A DNA stretch of 64,000 bases from the human T2T-CHM13v2.0 reference genome, Homo sapiens, in assembly GCF_009914755.1 (NCBI RefSeq), contig NC_060940.1, one strand, 5' to 3'. A model generated the notes under the pieces. It had not been told where the DNA came from. It searched no databases and saw nothing but the letters and a program-made list of their open reading frames with translations. Shown one piece after another: positions 1 to 15,200 of the stretch. The position numbers and the translations under genes are program-made. Every line of letters begins with the position of its first letter. The stretch's first letter is position 1.

Positions 1-3000
1 CCATTTGATGATTCCATTTGATTCCATTGGATGAGTCCATTCGATTACATTCGATGATTATTCCATTCGAGTGCATTAGATGATTCCATTCGAGTCCATT
101 CGATGATTCCATTCGATTCCATTCGATGTTGATTCTGTTCAAATCCATTCGATGATTCCACTCGATTCCATTCGTTGACTCCATTTGATCCCATTCGATG
201 ATTTCCTTTGATTCCCTTTGATGATCATTCCATTTGATTCAATTCGGTGATTTCATTTGATTCCATTCAGTGATGTTTCCATTCGACTCCATTCGATGAT
301 GATTCCATTCGACTCCATTCGATTATGATTTCATTCAATTCCATTCGATAATGATTCCCTTCGAGTCCATTCGATGATTCCATTCGATTCCATTCAACGA
401 TGATTTGATTCGTGTCCATTCGATGATTCCATTTGATTCCACTTGATGATGATTCCATTCGAGTCCATTTGATGATTCCATTCAATTCCATACTCCGATG
501 ATTTCTTTTGAGCCCACTCAATGCTTCCACTCGATTCCATATGATGATGACTCCATTCGATGAAATTCGATGATGATTCCATTCGCTTGCTTTCGATGAT
601 GATTCCACTTGAGTCCGTTAGAAGATTCTATTCAATTACATTCCAGGACGATTCCGTTCGAGTCCATTTGATGATTCCATTAGACTCCATTCGACGATGA
701 TTCCATTCGATGTTATTCGATGATTCCATTCGATCTCATTCGATGATGATTCCATTCAACTCCATTCGATGTTTCCATTCGAGTTCATTCTATTATTCCA
801 TTAGATTCCATTCGATGATGATTCCATTCGATTCCATTTGATGATTGCATTCTATTTCATTTGATGATGATTCCATTCGAGTCCACTCGATGATTCCATT
901 CGAGTCCATTTAATGAATCCATTGGTTTCAATTCTATGATGATTACATTGGATTCCATTCGTTGATGATTTCATTCGGTTCCATTCAATGATGATTCCAT
1001 TCAATTCCTTTCAATGTTTCCATTCAATTCCATACGATGATGATTCCATTTGATTTGATTCGACAGTGAGCCATTCGATTCAATTCCATGATGATTCTAT
1101 TTGATTCAATTGGTTGACATTTCCATTCGATTCCATTCGATGATGATTCCCTTTGATTCCGTTCCAAGATGATTCCATTCTAGCCCATTCAATCATTCCA
1201 TTCGATTCTATTCAATGATGATTCCATTCATGTCGATTTGGTGATTCCATTTGACTTCATTTGATGATGATTCCTTTCAAGTTCATTAGATGATTCCATT
1301 CGATTCCATTTGATGATGATCCCATTCGAGTCCATTCAGTGATTCCATTCGTTTCCATTCCATGATGATTCCATTCCTTTCCATTCAATGATTCCATTCG
1401 ATTCCGTTTGATGATGATTTCATTCGAGTCCATTTGATGATTCCATTTGATTCCATTCGATGATGATTCCATTCGAGTCCATTCGATGATTCTATTCGAA
1501 TCCATTTGATGATTTCTTTTGATTATATTTGGTGATGATTCCATTGGAGTCCATTCAATGATTCCATTCTATTCCAATCGATGATGATTCCATTAGAGTC
1601 CATTTAATGATTCCATTTGATTCCAGTCTCTGATGATTACATTCGAGTCCATACGATGATTCCACTCAATTCCATATGATGATGATTCCATTTGATTCCA
1701 TTCGGTGATTCCATTCTATTCTATTCAATGGTGATTCCATTCGAGTACATTAGATGATTCCATTCGATTCCATTCAATGATGATTCTATTTGTGTCCCTT
1801 AGATGATTCCACATGATTCCATTAGATGATGATACTATTTGAGCCCATCCAATGATTCCCTTCGATTCCATTCGATGAGGATTCCATTCGATTCAATTCA
1901 TTGGTGATTCTATTCAATTCAATTCTTTGATTCCATTCCATTCCATTCGACAATGATTCCATTCGATTTCTTTCGATGATTCCACTCGATTCCACTTGAC
2001 ATTGATTCCATTCGATTCCATTCAATGATTCCATTTGATTCCAGTGGATGATGATTGCCATCGATTCCATTCGATCACTCCATTCTATTCCATTTGATGA
2101 TGATTACATTCGATTCCATTTGATGATTCCATCTGATTCTATTCGAGGATTCCATTTGATTCCATTCGATGATGATTCCATTCGAGTCCATTCGATGATT
2201 TCATTCGAGTACATCCAATGATTCCATTCGAGTCCATTAGATGATTCCATTTGATTCCATTTGAAAATGATTCTACTAGAGTCCATTCAATGACTCCATT
2301 CGAGTCCATTCAACAATTCCATTCGACTCCATTCGATGATTCCATTCGATTCCATTTGATGGTTCCATTCGAGTCCATTTAATCATTACAGTCGAGTCCA
2401 TTTGGTGATTCCACTGGATTTCTTTTGATAATGATACCATTCAATTACATTTGATGATGATCCCATTCAATTTCATTTGATGATGATTCCATTAGAGTCC
2501 ATTCGATGATTTCATTCGAGTCCCTTCATTGATTCCATCCGATTTCATTGGATGATGACTCCATTCGAGTCCATTCGATGATTCCACTCGATTCCATTAG
2601 ATGATTCCATTGGAGTCCATTTGATTGTTCCATTCGATTCCATTCGATTCCTTTCGAAGATTATTCCATTTGAGTCCATTCGATGATGATTCCATTCCAT
2701 TCCATTCGATGATTCCGTTTGATTCCATTCGATGATTCCCTTCGATTCCTTTCTTTGATGATTCCATTCCATTCCATTCAATGATTCCATTCGAATCTAT
2801 TCCATGATGATTCCTTTCGATTCCATTCGCTGATGTTTCCGTTCAATTCCATTCGATGATGATTCCATTCGATTCCATTCATTGAGGATTCCATTTGATT
2901 CCATTCAATGATGATTCCATTCTATTCCATTCAATGATTGCATTCAATTCCATTCAATGATTATCCCATTAGAGTAAACTCCACGATTCCATTCAATACC

Positions 3001-6000
3001 ATTCGATGATGATTCCTTTTGAGTCCATTCAATGATTTCATTCAAGTCCATTTGATGATTCCTTTCAATTCCATTCTATGATGATTCCATTCGAGTCCAT
3101 TCGATGATTCCATTCGATTGCATTCGATGATTCCATTATATTCCATTCAACGGTGATTCCATTCGAGTCCATTCCATGATTCCATTAGAGTACATTTAAT
3201 GATTGCCTTGTTTTCAATTCGAAGATGATTACATTGGATTCCATTCTATGATACCATTCGATTCCATTCAATGATGATTCCACTCAAATCCATTGGATGA
3301 TTCCATTCGTGTCCATTCGGTGATTTCATTAGATTCCATTCGAGGATGATTCCATTCGATTCCATTCGATGATTCCATTCAATTCCATTCGATGATGATT
3401 CCATTCCAGTCCATATGATCATTCCATTTGATTTCATTCGATGATGATTCCATTCGATTCGATTCGACGATTCCATTCTATTCCATTCGATGATGATTCC
3501 ATTCGAGTCCATTCGATCATTCCATTCGAGTCCATTTAATGATTCCATTGGGTTCAATTCAATGATGATTACATTGGATTCCGTTCTATGATTCCATTCA
3601 ATTCCATTCATTGACAATTTGATTCCATTCGATGATGATTCCATTTGAGTTCATTCGATGATTCTATTCGATTCTCTTCGATGGTGATTCAATTCTATTA
3701 TATTGGATGATTCCATTCGATTCCATTTGATGTTGATTCAATTCGATTCTACTCGATGATGATTCCATTGGATTTCACTTGATGATTCTATTCGATTCCA
3801 TTCAATGATGATTCACTTCTCGTCCATTGGATGATTCCATTTCATTCCATTCGATGATGATTCCATTCGATTCCATTCGATGATTCCATTTGATTCCATG
3901 CGACGGTGAGCAATTCGATTCAATTCCATGATGATTCTATTTGATTCAATTAGATGATGTTTCCATTCGAATCCATTCCATGATTATTCCATTGGAATCC
4001 ATTTGGCGATGATTCCATATGAGTCAATTCAATGATGATTCCATATGGGTCCGTTCGATGATAATTCCATTTGATTTCATTCGGTGCTTCTATTCAATTC
4101 CAGTCGATGATGATTCCGTTGGAGTCCATACGATGATTCCATTTGATTTCATTTGATGATGATTCCATTCGATGATGATTACATTGGATTCCATTCTATG
4201 ATTCCATTCAATTCCATTCGTTGATGATTCGATTCCATTCAATGATGATTCCATTTGAGTTCATTCGATGATTCTATTCGATTCCGTTCGATGGTGATTC
4301 AATTCTATTATATTGGATGATTCCACTCGATTCCATTTGATGATTATTCCATTGGAGTCCACTTAGTGAATCCTTTAGATTCTACTCGACGATGATTCCA
4401 TTCGAGTCCATTCGATGATACCATTCAATTCCATTCGTTGATGCTTCCATTCAAGTGCATTCGATGATATCATTCGATTCCATTTGATGATAATTCCATT
4501 TGATTCCATGCGATGATTCTATTCGATTCCATTCAATGATAATTCCATTCAATTCAGTGATTCCTCTGGACTCCATTTGATGATGATTCCATTCAATGAT
4601 TCCATTCGATTCTATTCGAAAATGATTCCATTTGAATCCATTTGATGATGATTCCATTAGATTCCATTTGATGATTCCATTCGATTCCATTCGACGATGA
4701 TTCCATTCGATTCCGTTTGATGATTCCATTCTATTCTATTCGATGATGATTCCATTCGATTCCATTCGATGATGATTGGATTCGATTCCATTTGATGATT
4801 TCATTTGATTCCATTCGTTAATGATTTCGATCAATTCCATTCGATGATTCCATTCGATTCCATTCGATAATGATTACATCCGAGTCCATTCGATGATTCC
4901 CTTTGAGCCTGTTCGATAATTCCATTTGAGTCCAACCAATGATTCCATTCATTTCCATTCAATGATTCCATTCGAGTCCATTTGATCATTCCGGTAGGGT
5001 CCATTCGATGTTGATTCCATTGGAGTGCATTCGATGATTCCATTCGAGTCCATTTTAGGATTTGATTCGAGTCCTTTCGACGATTCCATTCGATTCCACT
5101 CGATGATGATTTCATTCGAGTCCATTCGACACTTCCAATCGATTCCATTTGATGATTCCATTCGAGTCCAATTGATGATTCCATTCAATTCCATTCGATG
5201 ATGATTCCGTACGATTCCATTCTGTGATGATTCCATGTGATTGCATTCAATGATGATTCCTTTCGATTGCATTCGATTATGATTCATTTCGTGTTCATTC
5301 TATGGTTCCACAGGTTTCCATTCGTGTCCATTCCATTATTCCATTCTATTCCATTTGATGATGATTCCATTCGATTCCATTCATTGGTGATTCCACTCAA
5401 TTCCATTCAATGATTCCATTCCATTTCTTTCAACAATGATTCCATTAGTTTCTAATCGATGATCCACTTGATTCCATTTGACGACGATTCCATTCTTGTC
5501 CATTCGATGATTCCATTTGATTCCATATGATGATGATTCCATTCGATTCCATACCATGATGATTCCATTCGAGTCCATTCAATGGTGATTCCATTCAATT
5601 CCATTCGATGATTCCTTTTGATTCCATTCGATGATGATGGCATTCGATTCCTTTCAATCATTCCCTTTGATTCCATTCAAAGGTGATTTCATTCAAGTCC
5701 ATTCGATAATTGCATTCGATTCCATTCTATGATGATTCCATTCGAGTCCATTTGATGATTCCATTCAATTCAAGTCAATGATGATTCCATTCGATTCCAT
5801 TCGATGATTCCATTGGATTCCATTCGATGATGATTCCATTCAAATCCATTCGATAATTCAATTCAAGTCCATTCGATGATGATTCCAATCGAATCCATTC
5901 AAAGATTCCATTCAGTTCCATTCGATGATTCCCTTAGATTCCATTCGATGATTCCACTTGATTGCATTTACGATGATTCCATTCGATTCCATGTGATGAT

Positions 6001-6112
6001 TCCATTCAATTCTATTCAATGATGTCTCCATTTGATTCCATTCGACCATGATTGCCTTTGATTCCATTCAATGATTCCATTCGGTTCCGTTTGATGATGA
6101 TTCCGTTCGATT
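1..6112 (+). repeat. 6.1-kb HSat2 repeat unit, copy 1 (6,112 bp; phase arbitrary)
   Basis: The sequence at position 1 (ccatttgatgattccatttgattccattggatgagtcc) recurs at 6113. ORF landmarks shift by 6112 (267->6379, 1257->7369, 3246->9358). Confidence 0.95.
3562..4342 (+). repeat. Internal ~170-bp direct duplication inside the 6.1-kb unit (3562-3732 and 4172-4342)
   Basis: The block atgatgattacattggattcc...gagttcattcgatgattctattcgatt...gatggtgattcaattctattatattggatgattcca occurs twice, 610 bp apart, in every full unit. Confidence 0.85.
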
Positions 6113-9100
6113 CCATTTGATGATTCCATTTGATTCCATTGGATGAGTCCATTCGATTACATTCGATGATTATTCCATTCGAGTGCATTAGATGATTCCA
6201 TTCGAGTCCATTCGATGATTCCATTCGATTCCATTCGATGTTGATTCTGTTCAAATCCATTCGATGATTCCACTCGATTCCATTCGTTGACTCCATTTGA
6301 TCCCATTCGATGATTTCCTTTGATTCCCTTTGATGATCATTCCATTTGATTCAATTCGGTGATTTCATTTGATTCCATTCAGTGATGTTTCCATTCGACT
6401 CCATTCGATGATGATTCCATTCGACTCCATTCGATTATGATTTCATTCAATTCCATTCGATAATGATTCCCTTCGAGTCCATTCGATGATTCCATTCGAT
6501 TCCATTCAACGATGATTTGATTCGTGTCCATTCGATGATTCCATTTGATTCCACTTGATGATGATTCCATTCGAGTCCATTTGATGATTCCATTCAATTC
6601 CATACTCCGATGATTTCTTTTGAGCCCACTCAATGCTTCCACTCGATTCCATATGATGATGACTCCATTCGATGAAATTCGATGATGATTCCATTCGGTT
6701 GCTTTCGATGATGATTCCACTTGAGTCCGTTAGAAGATTCTATTCAATTACATTCCAGGACGATTCCGTTCGAGTCCATTTGATGATTCCATTAGACTCC
6801 ATTCGACGATGATTCCATTCGATGTTATTCGATGATTCCATTCGATCTCATTCGATGATGATTCCATTCAACTCCATTCGATGTTTCCATTCGAGTTCAT
6901 TCTATTATTCCATTAGATTCCATTCGATGATGATTCCATTCGATTCCATTTGATGATTGCATTCTATTTCATTTGATGATGATTCCATTCGAGTCCACTC
7001 GATGATTCCATTCGAGTCCATTTAATGAATCCATTGGTTTCAATTCTATGATGATTACATTGGATTCCATTCGTTGATGATTTCATTCGGTTCCATTCAA
7101 TGATGATTCCATTCAATTCCTTTCAATGTTTCCATTCAATTCCATACGATGATGATTCCATTTGATTTGATTCGACAGTGAGCCATTCGATTCAATTCCA
7201 TGATGATTCTATTTGATTCAATTGGTTGACATTTCCATTCGATTCCATTCGATGATGATTCCCTTTGATTCCGTTCCAAGATGATTCCATTCTAGCCCAT
7301 TCAATCATTCCATTCGATTCTATTCAATGATGATTCCATTCATGTCGATTTGGTGATTCCATTTGACTTCATTTGATGATGATTCCTTTCAAGTTCATTA
7401 GATGATTCCATTCGATTCCATTTGATGATGATCCCATTCGAGTCCATTCAGTGATTCCATTCGTTTCCATTCCATGATGATTCCATTCCTTTCCATTCAA
7501 TGATTCCATTCGATTCCGTTTGATGATGATTTCATTCGAGTCCATTTGATGATTCCATTTGATTCCATTCGATGATGATTCCATTCGAGTCCATTCGATG
7601 ATTCTATTCGAATCCATTTGATGATTTCTTTTGATTATATTTGGTGATGATTCCATTGGAGTCCATTCAATGATTCCATTCTATTCCAATCGATGATGAT
7701 TCCATTAGAGTCCATTTAATGATTCCATTTGATTCCAGTCTCTGATGATTACATTCGAGTCCATACGATGATTCCACTCAATTCCATATGATGATGATTC
7801 CATTTGATTCCATTCGGTGATTCCATTCTATTCTATTCAATGGTGATTCCATTCGAGTACATTAGATGATTCCATTCGATTCCATTCAATGATGATTCTA
7901 TTTGTGTCCCTTAGATGATTCCACATGATTCCATTAGATGATGATACTATTTGAGCCCATCCAATGATTCCCTTCGATTCCATTCGATGAGGATTCCATT
8001 CGATTCAATTCATTGGTGATTCTATTCAATTCAATTCTTTGATTCCATTCCATTCCATTCGACAATGATTCCATTCGATTTCTTTCGATGATTCCACTCG
8101 ATTCCACTTGACATTGATTCCATTCGATTCCATTCAATGATTCCATTTGATTCCAGTGGATGATGATTGCCATCGATTCCATTCGATCACTCCATTCTAT
8201 TCCATTTGATGATGATTACATTCGATTCCATTTGATGATTCCATCTGATTCTATTCGAGGATTCCATTTGATTCCATTCGATGATGATTCCATTCGAGTC
8301 CATTCGATGATTTCATTCGAGTACATCCAATGATTCCATTCGAGTCCATTAGATGATTCCATTTGATTCCATTTGAAAATGATTCTACTAGAGTCCATTC
8401 AATGACTCCATTCGAGTCCATTCAACAATTCCATTCGACTCCATTCGATGATTCCATTCGATTCCATTTGATGGTTCCATTCGAGTCCATTTAATCATTA
8501 CAGTCGAGTCCATTTGGTGATTCCACTGGATTTCTTTTGATAATGATACCATTCAATTACATTTGATGATGATCCCATTCAATTTCATTTGATGATGATT
8601 CCATTAGAGTCCATTCGATGATTTCATTCGAGTCCCTTCATTGATTCCATCCGATTTCATTGGATGATGACTCCATTCGAGTCCATTCGATGATTCCACT
8701 CGATTCCATTAGATGATTCCATTGGAGTCCATTTGATTGTTCCATTCGATTCCATTCGATTCCTTTCGAAGATTATTCCATTTGAGTCCATTCGATGATG
8801 ATTCCATTCCATTCCATTCGATGATTCCGTTTGATTCCATTCGATGATTCCCTTCGATTCCTTTCTTTGATGATTCCATTCCATTCCATTCAATGATTCC
8901 ATTCGAATCTATTCCATGATGATTCCTTTCGATTCCATTCGCTGATGTTTCCGTTCAATTCCATTCGATGATGATTCCATTCGATTCCATTCATTGAGGA
9001 TTCCATTTGATTCCATTCAATGATGATTCCATTCTATTCCATTCAATGATTGCATTCAATTCCATTCAATGATTATCCCATTAGAGTAAACTCCACGATT

Positions 9101-12100
9101 CCATTCAATACCATTCGATGATGATTCCTTTTGAGTCCATTCAATGATTTCATTCAAGTCCATTTGATGATTCCTTTCAATTCCATTCTATGATGATTCC
9201 ATTCGAGTCCATTCGATGATTCCATTCGATTGCATTCGATGATTCCATTATATTCCATTCAACGGTGATTCCATTCGAGTCCATTCCATGATTCCATTAG
9301 AGTACATTTAATGATTGCCTTGTTTTCAATTCGAAGATGATTACATTGGATTCCATTCTATGATACCATTCGATTCCATTCAATGATGATTCCACTCAAA
9401 TCCATTGGATGATTCCATTCGTGTCCATTCGGTGATTTCATTAGATTCCATTCGAGGATGATTCCATTCGATTCCATTCGATGATTCCATTCAATTCCAT
9501 TCGATGATGATTCCATTCCAGTCCATATGATCATTCCATTTGATTTCATTCGATGATGATTCCATTCGATTCCATTCGACGATTCCATTCTATTCCATTC
9601 GATGATGATTCCATTCGAGTCCATTCGATCATTCCATTCGAGTCCATTTAATGATTCCATTGGGTTCAATTCAATGATGATTACATTGGATTCCGTTCTA
9701 TGATTCCATTCAATTCCATTCATTGACAATTTGATTCCATTCGATGATGATTCCATTTGAGTTCATTCGATGATTCTATTCGATTCTCTTCGATGGTGAT
9801 TCAATTCTATTATATTGGATGATTCCATTCGATTCCATTTGATGTTGATTCAATTCGATTCTACTCGATGATGATTCCATTGGATTTCACTTGATGATTC
9901 TATTCGATTCCATTCAATGATGATTCACTTCTCGTCCATTGGATGATTCCATTTCATTCCATTCGATGATGATTCCATTCGATTCCATTCGATGATTCCA
10001 TTTGATTCCATGCGACGGTGAGCAATTCGATTCAATTCCATGATGATTCTATTTGATTCAATTAGATGATGTTTCCATTCGAATCCATTCCATGATTATT
10101 CCATTGGAATCCATTCGGCGATGATTCCATATGAGTCAATTCAATGATGATTCCATATGGGTCCGTTCGATGATAATTCCATTTGATTTCATTCGATGCT
10201 TCTATTCTATTCCAGTCGATGATGATTCCGTTGGAGTCCATACGATGATTCCATTTGATTTCATTTGATGATGATTCCATTCGATGATGATTACATTGGA
10301 TTCCATTCTATGATTCCATTCAATTCCATTCGTTGATGATTCGATTCCATTCAATGATGATTCCATTTGAGTTCATTCGATGATTCTATTCGATTCCGTT
10401 CGATGGTGATTCAATTCTATTATATTGGATGATTCCACTCGATTCCATTTGATGATTATTCCATTGGAGTCCACTTAGTGAATCCTTTAGATTCTACTCG
10501 ACGATGATTCCATTCGAGTCCATTCGATGATACCATTCAATTCCATTCGTTGATGCTTCCATTCAAGTGCATTCGATGATATCATTCGATTCCATTTGAT
10601 GATAATTCCATTTGATTCCATGCGATGATTCTATTCGATTCCATTCAATGATAATTCCATTCAATTCAGTGATTCCTCTGGACTCCATTTGATGATGATT
10701 CCATTCAATGATTCCATTCGATTCTATTCGAAAATGATTCCATTTGAATCCATTTGATGATGATTCCATTAGATTCCATTTGATGATTCCATTCGATTCC
10801 ATTCGACGATGATTCCATTCGATTCCGTTTGATGATTCCATTCTATTCTATTCGATGATGATTCCATTCGATTCCATTCGATGATGATTGGATTCGATTC
10901 CATTTGATGATTTCATTTGATTCCATTCGTTAATGATTTCGATCAATTCCATTCGATGATTCCATTCGATTCCATTCGATAATGATTACATCCGAGTCCA
11001 TTCGATGATTCCCTTTGAGCCTGTTCGATAATTCCATTTGAGTCCAACCAATGATTCCATTCATTTCCATTCAATGATTCCATTCGAGTCCATTTGATCA
11101 TTCCGGTAGGGTCCATTCGATGTTGATTCCATTGGAGTGCATTCGATGATTCCATTCGAGTCCATTTTAGGATTTGATTCGAGTCCTTTCGACGATTCCA
11201 TTCGATTCCACTCGATGATGATTTCATTCGAGTCCATTCGACACTTCCAATCGATTCCATTTGATGATTCCATTCGAGTCCAATTGATGATTCCATTCAA
11301 TTCCATTCGATGATGATTCCGTACGATTCCATTCTGTGATGATTCCATGTGATTGCATTCAATGATGATTCCTTTCGATTGCATTCGATTATGATTCATT
11401 TCGTGTTCATTCTATGGTTCCACAGGTTTCCATTCGTGTCCATTCCATTATTCCATTCTATTCCATTTGATGATGATTCCATTCGATTCCATTCATTGGT
11501 GATTCCACTCAATTCCATTCAATGATTCCATTCCATTTCTTTCAACAATGATTCCATTAGTTTCTAATCGATGATCCACTTGATTCCATTTGACGACGAT
11601 TCCATTCTTGTCCATTCGATGATTCCATTTGATTCCATATGATGATGATTCCATTCGATTCCATACCATGATGATTCCATTCGAGTCCATTCAATGGTGA
11701 TTCCATTCAATTCCATTCGATGATTCCTTTTGATTCCATTCGATGATGATGGCATTCGATTCCTTTCAATCATCCCTTTGATTCCATTCAAAGGTGATTT
11801 CATTCAAGTCCATTCGATAATTGCATTCGATTCCATTCTATGATGATTCCATTCGAGTCCATTTGATGATTCCATTCAATTCAAGTCAATGATGATTCCA
11901 TTCGATTCCATTCGATGATTCCATTGGATTCCATTCGATGATGATTCCATTCAAATCCATTCGATAATTCAATTCAAGTCCATTCGATGATGATTCCAAT
12001 CGAATCCATTCAAAGATTCCATTCAGTTCCATTCGATGATTCCCTTAGATTCCATTCGATGATTCCACTTGATTGCATTTACGATGATTCCATTCGATTC

Positions 12101-12223
12101 CATGTGATGATTCCATTCAATTCTATTCAATGATGTCTCCATTTGATTCCATTCGACCATGATTGCCTTTGATTCCATTCAATGATTCCATTCGGTTCCG
12201 TTTGATGATGATTCCGTTCGATT
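6113..12223 (+). repeat. 6.1-kb HSat2 repeat unit, copy 2 (6,111 bp)
   Basis: Landmarks shift by 6111 (6379->12490). A 1-bp deletion at ~11773 (catccctttg vs cattccctttg) explains the length. Confidence 0.95.
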
Positions 12224-15200
12224 CCATTTGATGATTCCATTTGATTCCATTGGATGAGTCCATTCGATTACATTCGATGATTATTCCATTCGAGTGCATT
12301 AGATGATTCCATTCGAGTCCATTCGATGATTCCATTCGATTCCATTCGATGTTGATTCTGTTCAAATCCATTCGATGATTCCACTCGATTCCATTCGTTG
12401 ACTCCATTTGATCCCATTCGATGATTTCCTTTGATTCCCTTTGATGATCATTCCATTTGATTCAATTCGGTGATTTCATTTGATTCCATTCAGTGATGTT
12501 TCCATTCGACTCCATTCGATGATGATTCCATTCGACTCCATTCGATTATGATTTCATTCAATTCCATTCGATAATGATTCCCTTCGAGTCCATTCGATGA
12601 TTCCATTCGATTCCATTCAACGATGATTTGATTCGTGTCCATTCGATGATTCCATTTGATTCCACTTGATGATGATTCCATTCGAGTCCATTTGATGATT
12701 CCATTCAATTCCATACTCCGATGATTTCTTTTGAGCCCACTCAATGCTTCCACTCGATTCCATATGATGATGACTCCATTCGATGAAATTCGATGATGAT
12801 TCCATTCGCTTGCTTTCGATGATGATTCCACTTGAGTCCGTTAGAAGATTCTATTCAATTACATTCCAGGACGATTCCGTTCGAGTCCATTTGATGATTC
12901 CATTAGACTCCATTCGACGATGATTCCATTCGATGTTATTCGATGATTCCATTCGATCTCATTCGATGATGATTCCATTCAACTCCATTCGATGTTTCCA
13001 TTCGAGTTCATTCTATTATTCCATTAGATTCCATTCGATGATGATTCCATTCGATTCCATTTGATGATTGCATTCTATTTCATTTGATGATGATTCCATT
13101 CGAGTCCACTCGATGATTCCATTCGAGTCCATTTAATGAATCCATTGGTTTCAATTCTATGATGATTACATTGGATTCCATTCGTTGATGATTTCATTCG
13201 GTTCCATTCAATGATGATTCCATTCAATTCCTTTCAATGTTTCCATTCAATTCCATACGATGATGATTCCATTTGATTTGATTCGACAGTGAGCCATTCG
13301 ATTCAATTCCATGATGATTCTATTTGATTCAATTGGTTGACATTTCCATTCGATTCCATTCGATGATGATTCCCTTTGATTCCGTTCCAAGATGATTCCA
13401 TTCTAGCCCATTCAATCATTCCATTCGATTCTATTCAATGATGATTCCATTCATGTCGATTTGGTGATTCCATTTGACTTCATTTGATGATGATTCCTTT
13501 CAAGTTCATTAGATGATTCCATTCGATTCCATTTGATGATGATCCCATTCGAGTCCATTCAGTGATTCCATTCGTTTCCATTCCATGATGATTCCATTCC
13601 TTTCCATTCAATGATTCCATTCGATTCCGTTTGATGATGATTTCATTCGAGTCCATTTGATGATTCCATTTGATTCCATTCGATGATGATTCCATTCGAG
13701 TCCATTCGATGATTCTATTCGAATCCATTTGATGATTTCTTTTGATTATATTTGGTGATGATTCCATTGGAGTCCATTCAATGATTCCATTCTATTCCAA
13801 TCGATGATGATTCCATTAGAGTCCATTTAATGATTCCATTTGATTCCAGTCTCTGATGATTACATTCGAGTCCATACGATGATTCCACTCAATTCCATAT
13901 GATGATGATTCCATTTGATTCCATTCGGTGATTCCATTCTATTCTATTCAATGGTGATTCCATTCGAGTACATTAGATGATTCCATTCGATTCCATTCAA
14001 TGATGATTCTATTTGTGTCCCTTAGATGATTCCACATGATTCCATTAGATGATGATACTATTTGAGCCCATCCAATGATTCCCTTCGATTCCATTCGATG
14101 AGGATTCCATTCGATTCAATTCATTGGTGATTCTATTCAATTCAATTCTTTGATTCCATTCCATTCCATTCGACAATGATTCCATTCGATTTCTTTCGAT
14201 GATTCCACTCGATTCCACTTGACATTGATTCCATTCGATTCCATTCAATGATTCCATTTGATTCCAGTGGATGATGATTGCCATCGATTCCATTCGATCA
14301 CTCCATTCTATTCCATTTGATGATGATTACATTCGATTCCATTTGATGATTCCATCTGATTCTATTCGAGGATTCCATTTGATTCCATTCGATGATGATT
14401 CCATTCGAGTCCATTCGATGATTTCATTCGAGTACATCCAATGATTCCATTCGAGTCCATTAGATGATTCCATTTGATTCCATTTGAAAATGATTCTACT
14501 AGAGTCCATTCAATGACTCCATTCGAGTCCATTCAACAATTCCATTCGACTCCATTCGATGATTCCATTCGATTCCATTTGATGGTTCCATTCGAGTCCA
14601 TTTAATCATTACAGTCGAGTCCATTTGGTGATTCCACTGGATTTCTTTTGATAATGATACCATTCAATTACATTTGATGATGATCCCATTCAATTTCATT
14701 TGATGATGATTCCATTAGAGTCCATTCGATGATTTCATTCGAGTCCCTTCATTGATTCCATCCGATTTCATTGGATGATGACTCCATTCGAGTCCTTTCG
14801 ATGATTCCACTCGATTCCATTAGATGATTCCATTGGAGTCCATTTGATTGTTCCATTCGATTCCATTCGATTCCTTTCGAAGATTATTCCATTTGAGTCC
14901 ATTCGATGATGATTCCATTCCATTCCATTCGATGATTCCGTTTGATTCCATTCGATGATTCCCTTCGATTCCTTTCTTTGATGATTCCATTCCATTCCAT
15001 TCAATGATTCCATTCGAATCTATTCCATGATGATTCCTTTCGATTCCATTCGCTGATGTTTCCGTTCAATTCCATTCGATGATGATTCCATTCGATTCCA
15101 TTCATTGAGGATTCCATTTGATTCCATTCAATGATGATTCCATTCTATTCCATTCAATGATTGCATTCAATTCCATTCAATGATTATCCCATTAGAGTAA

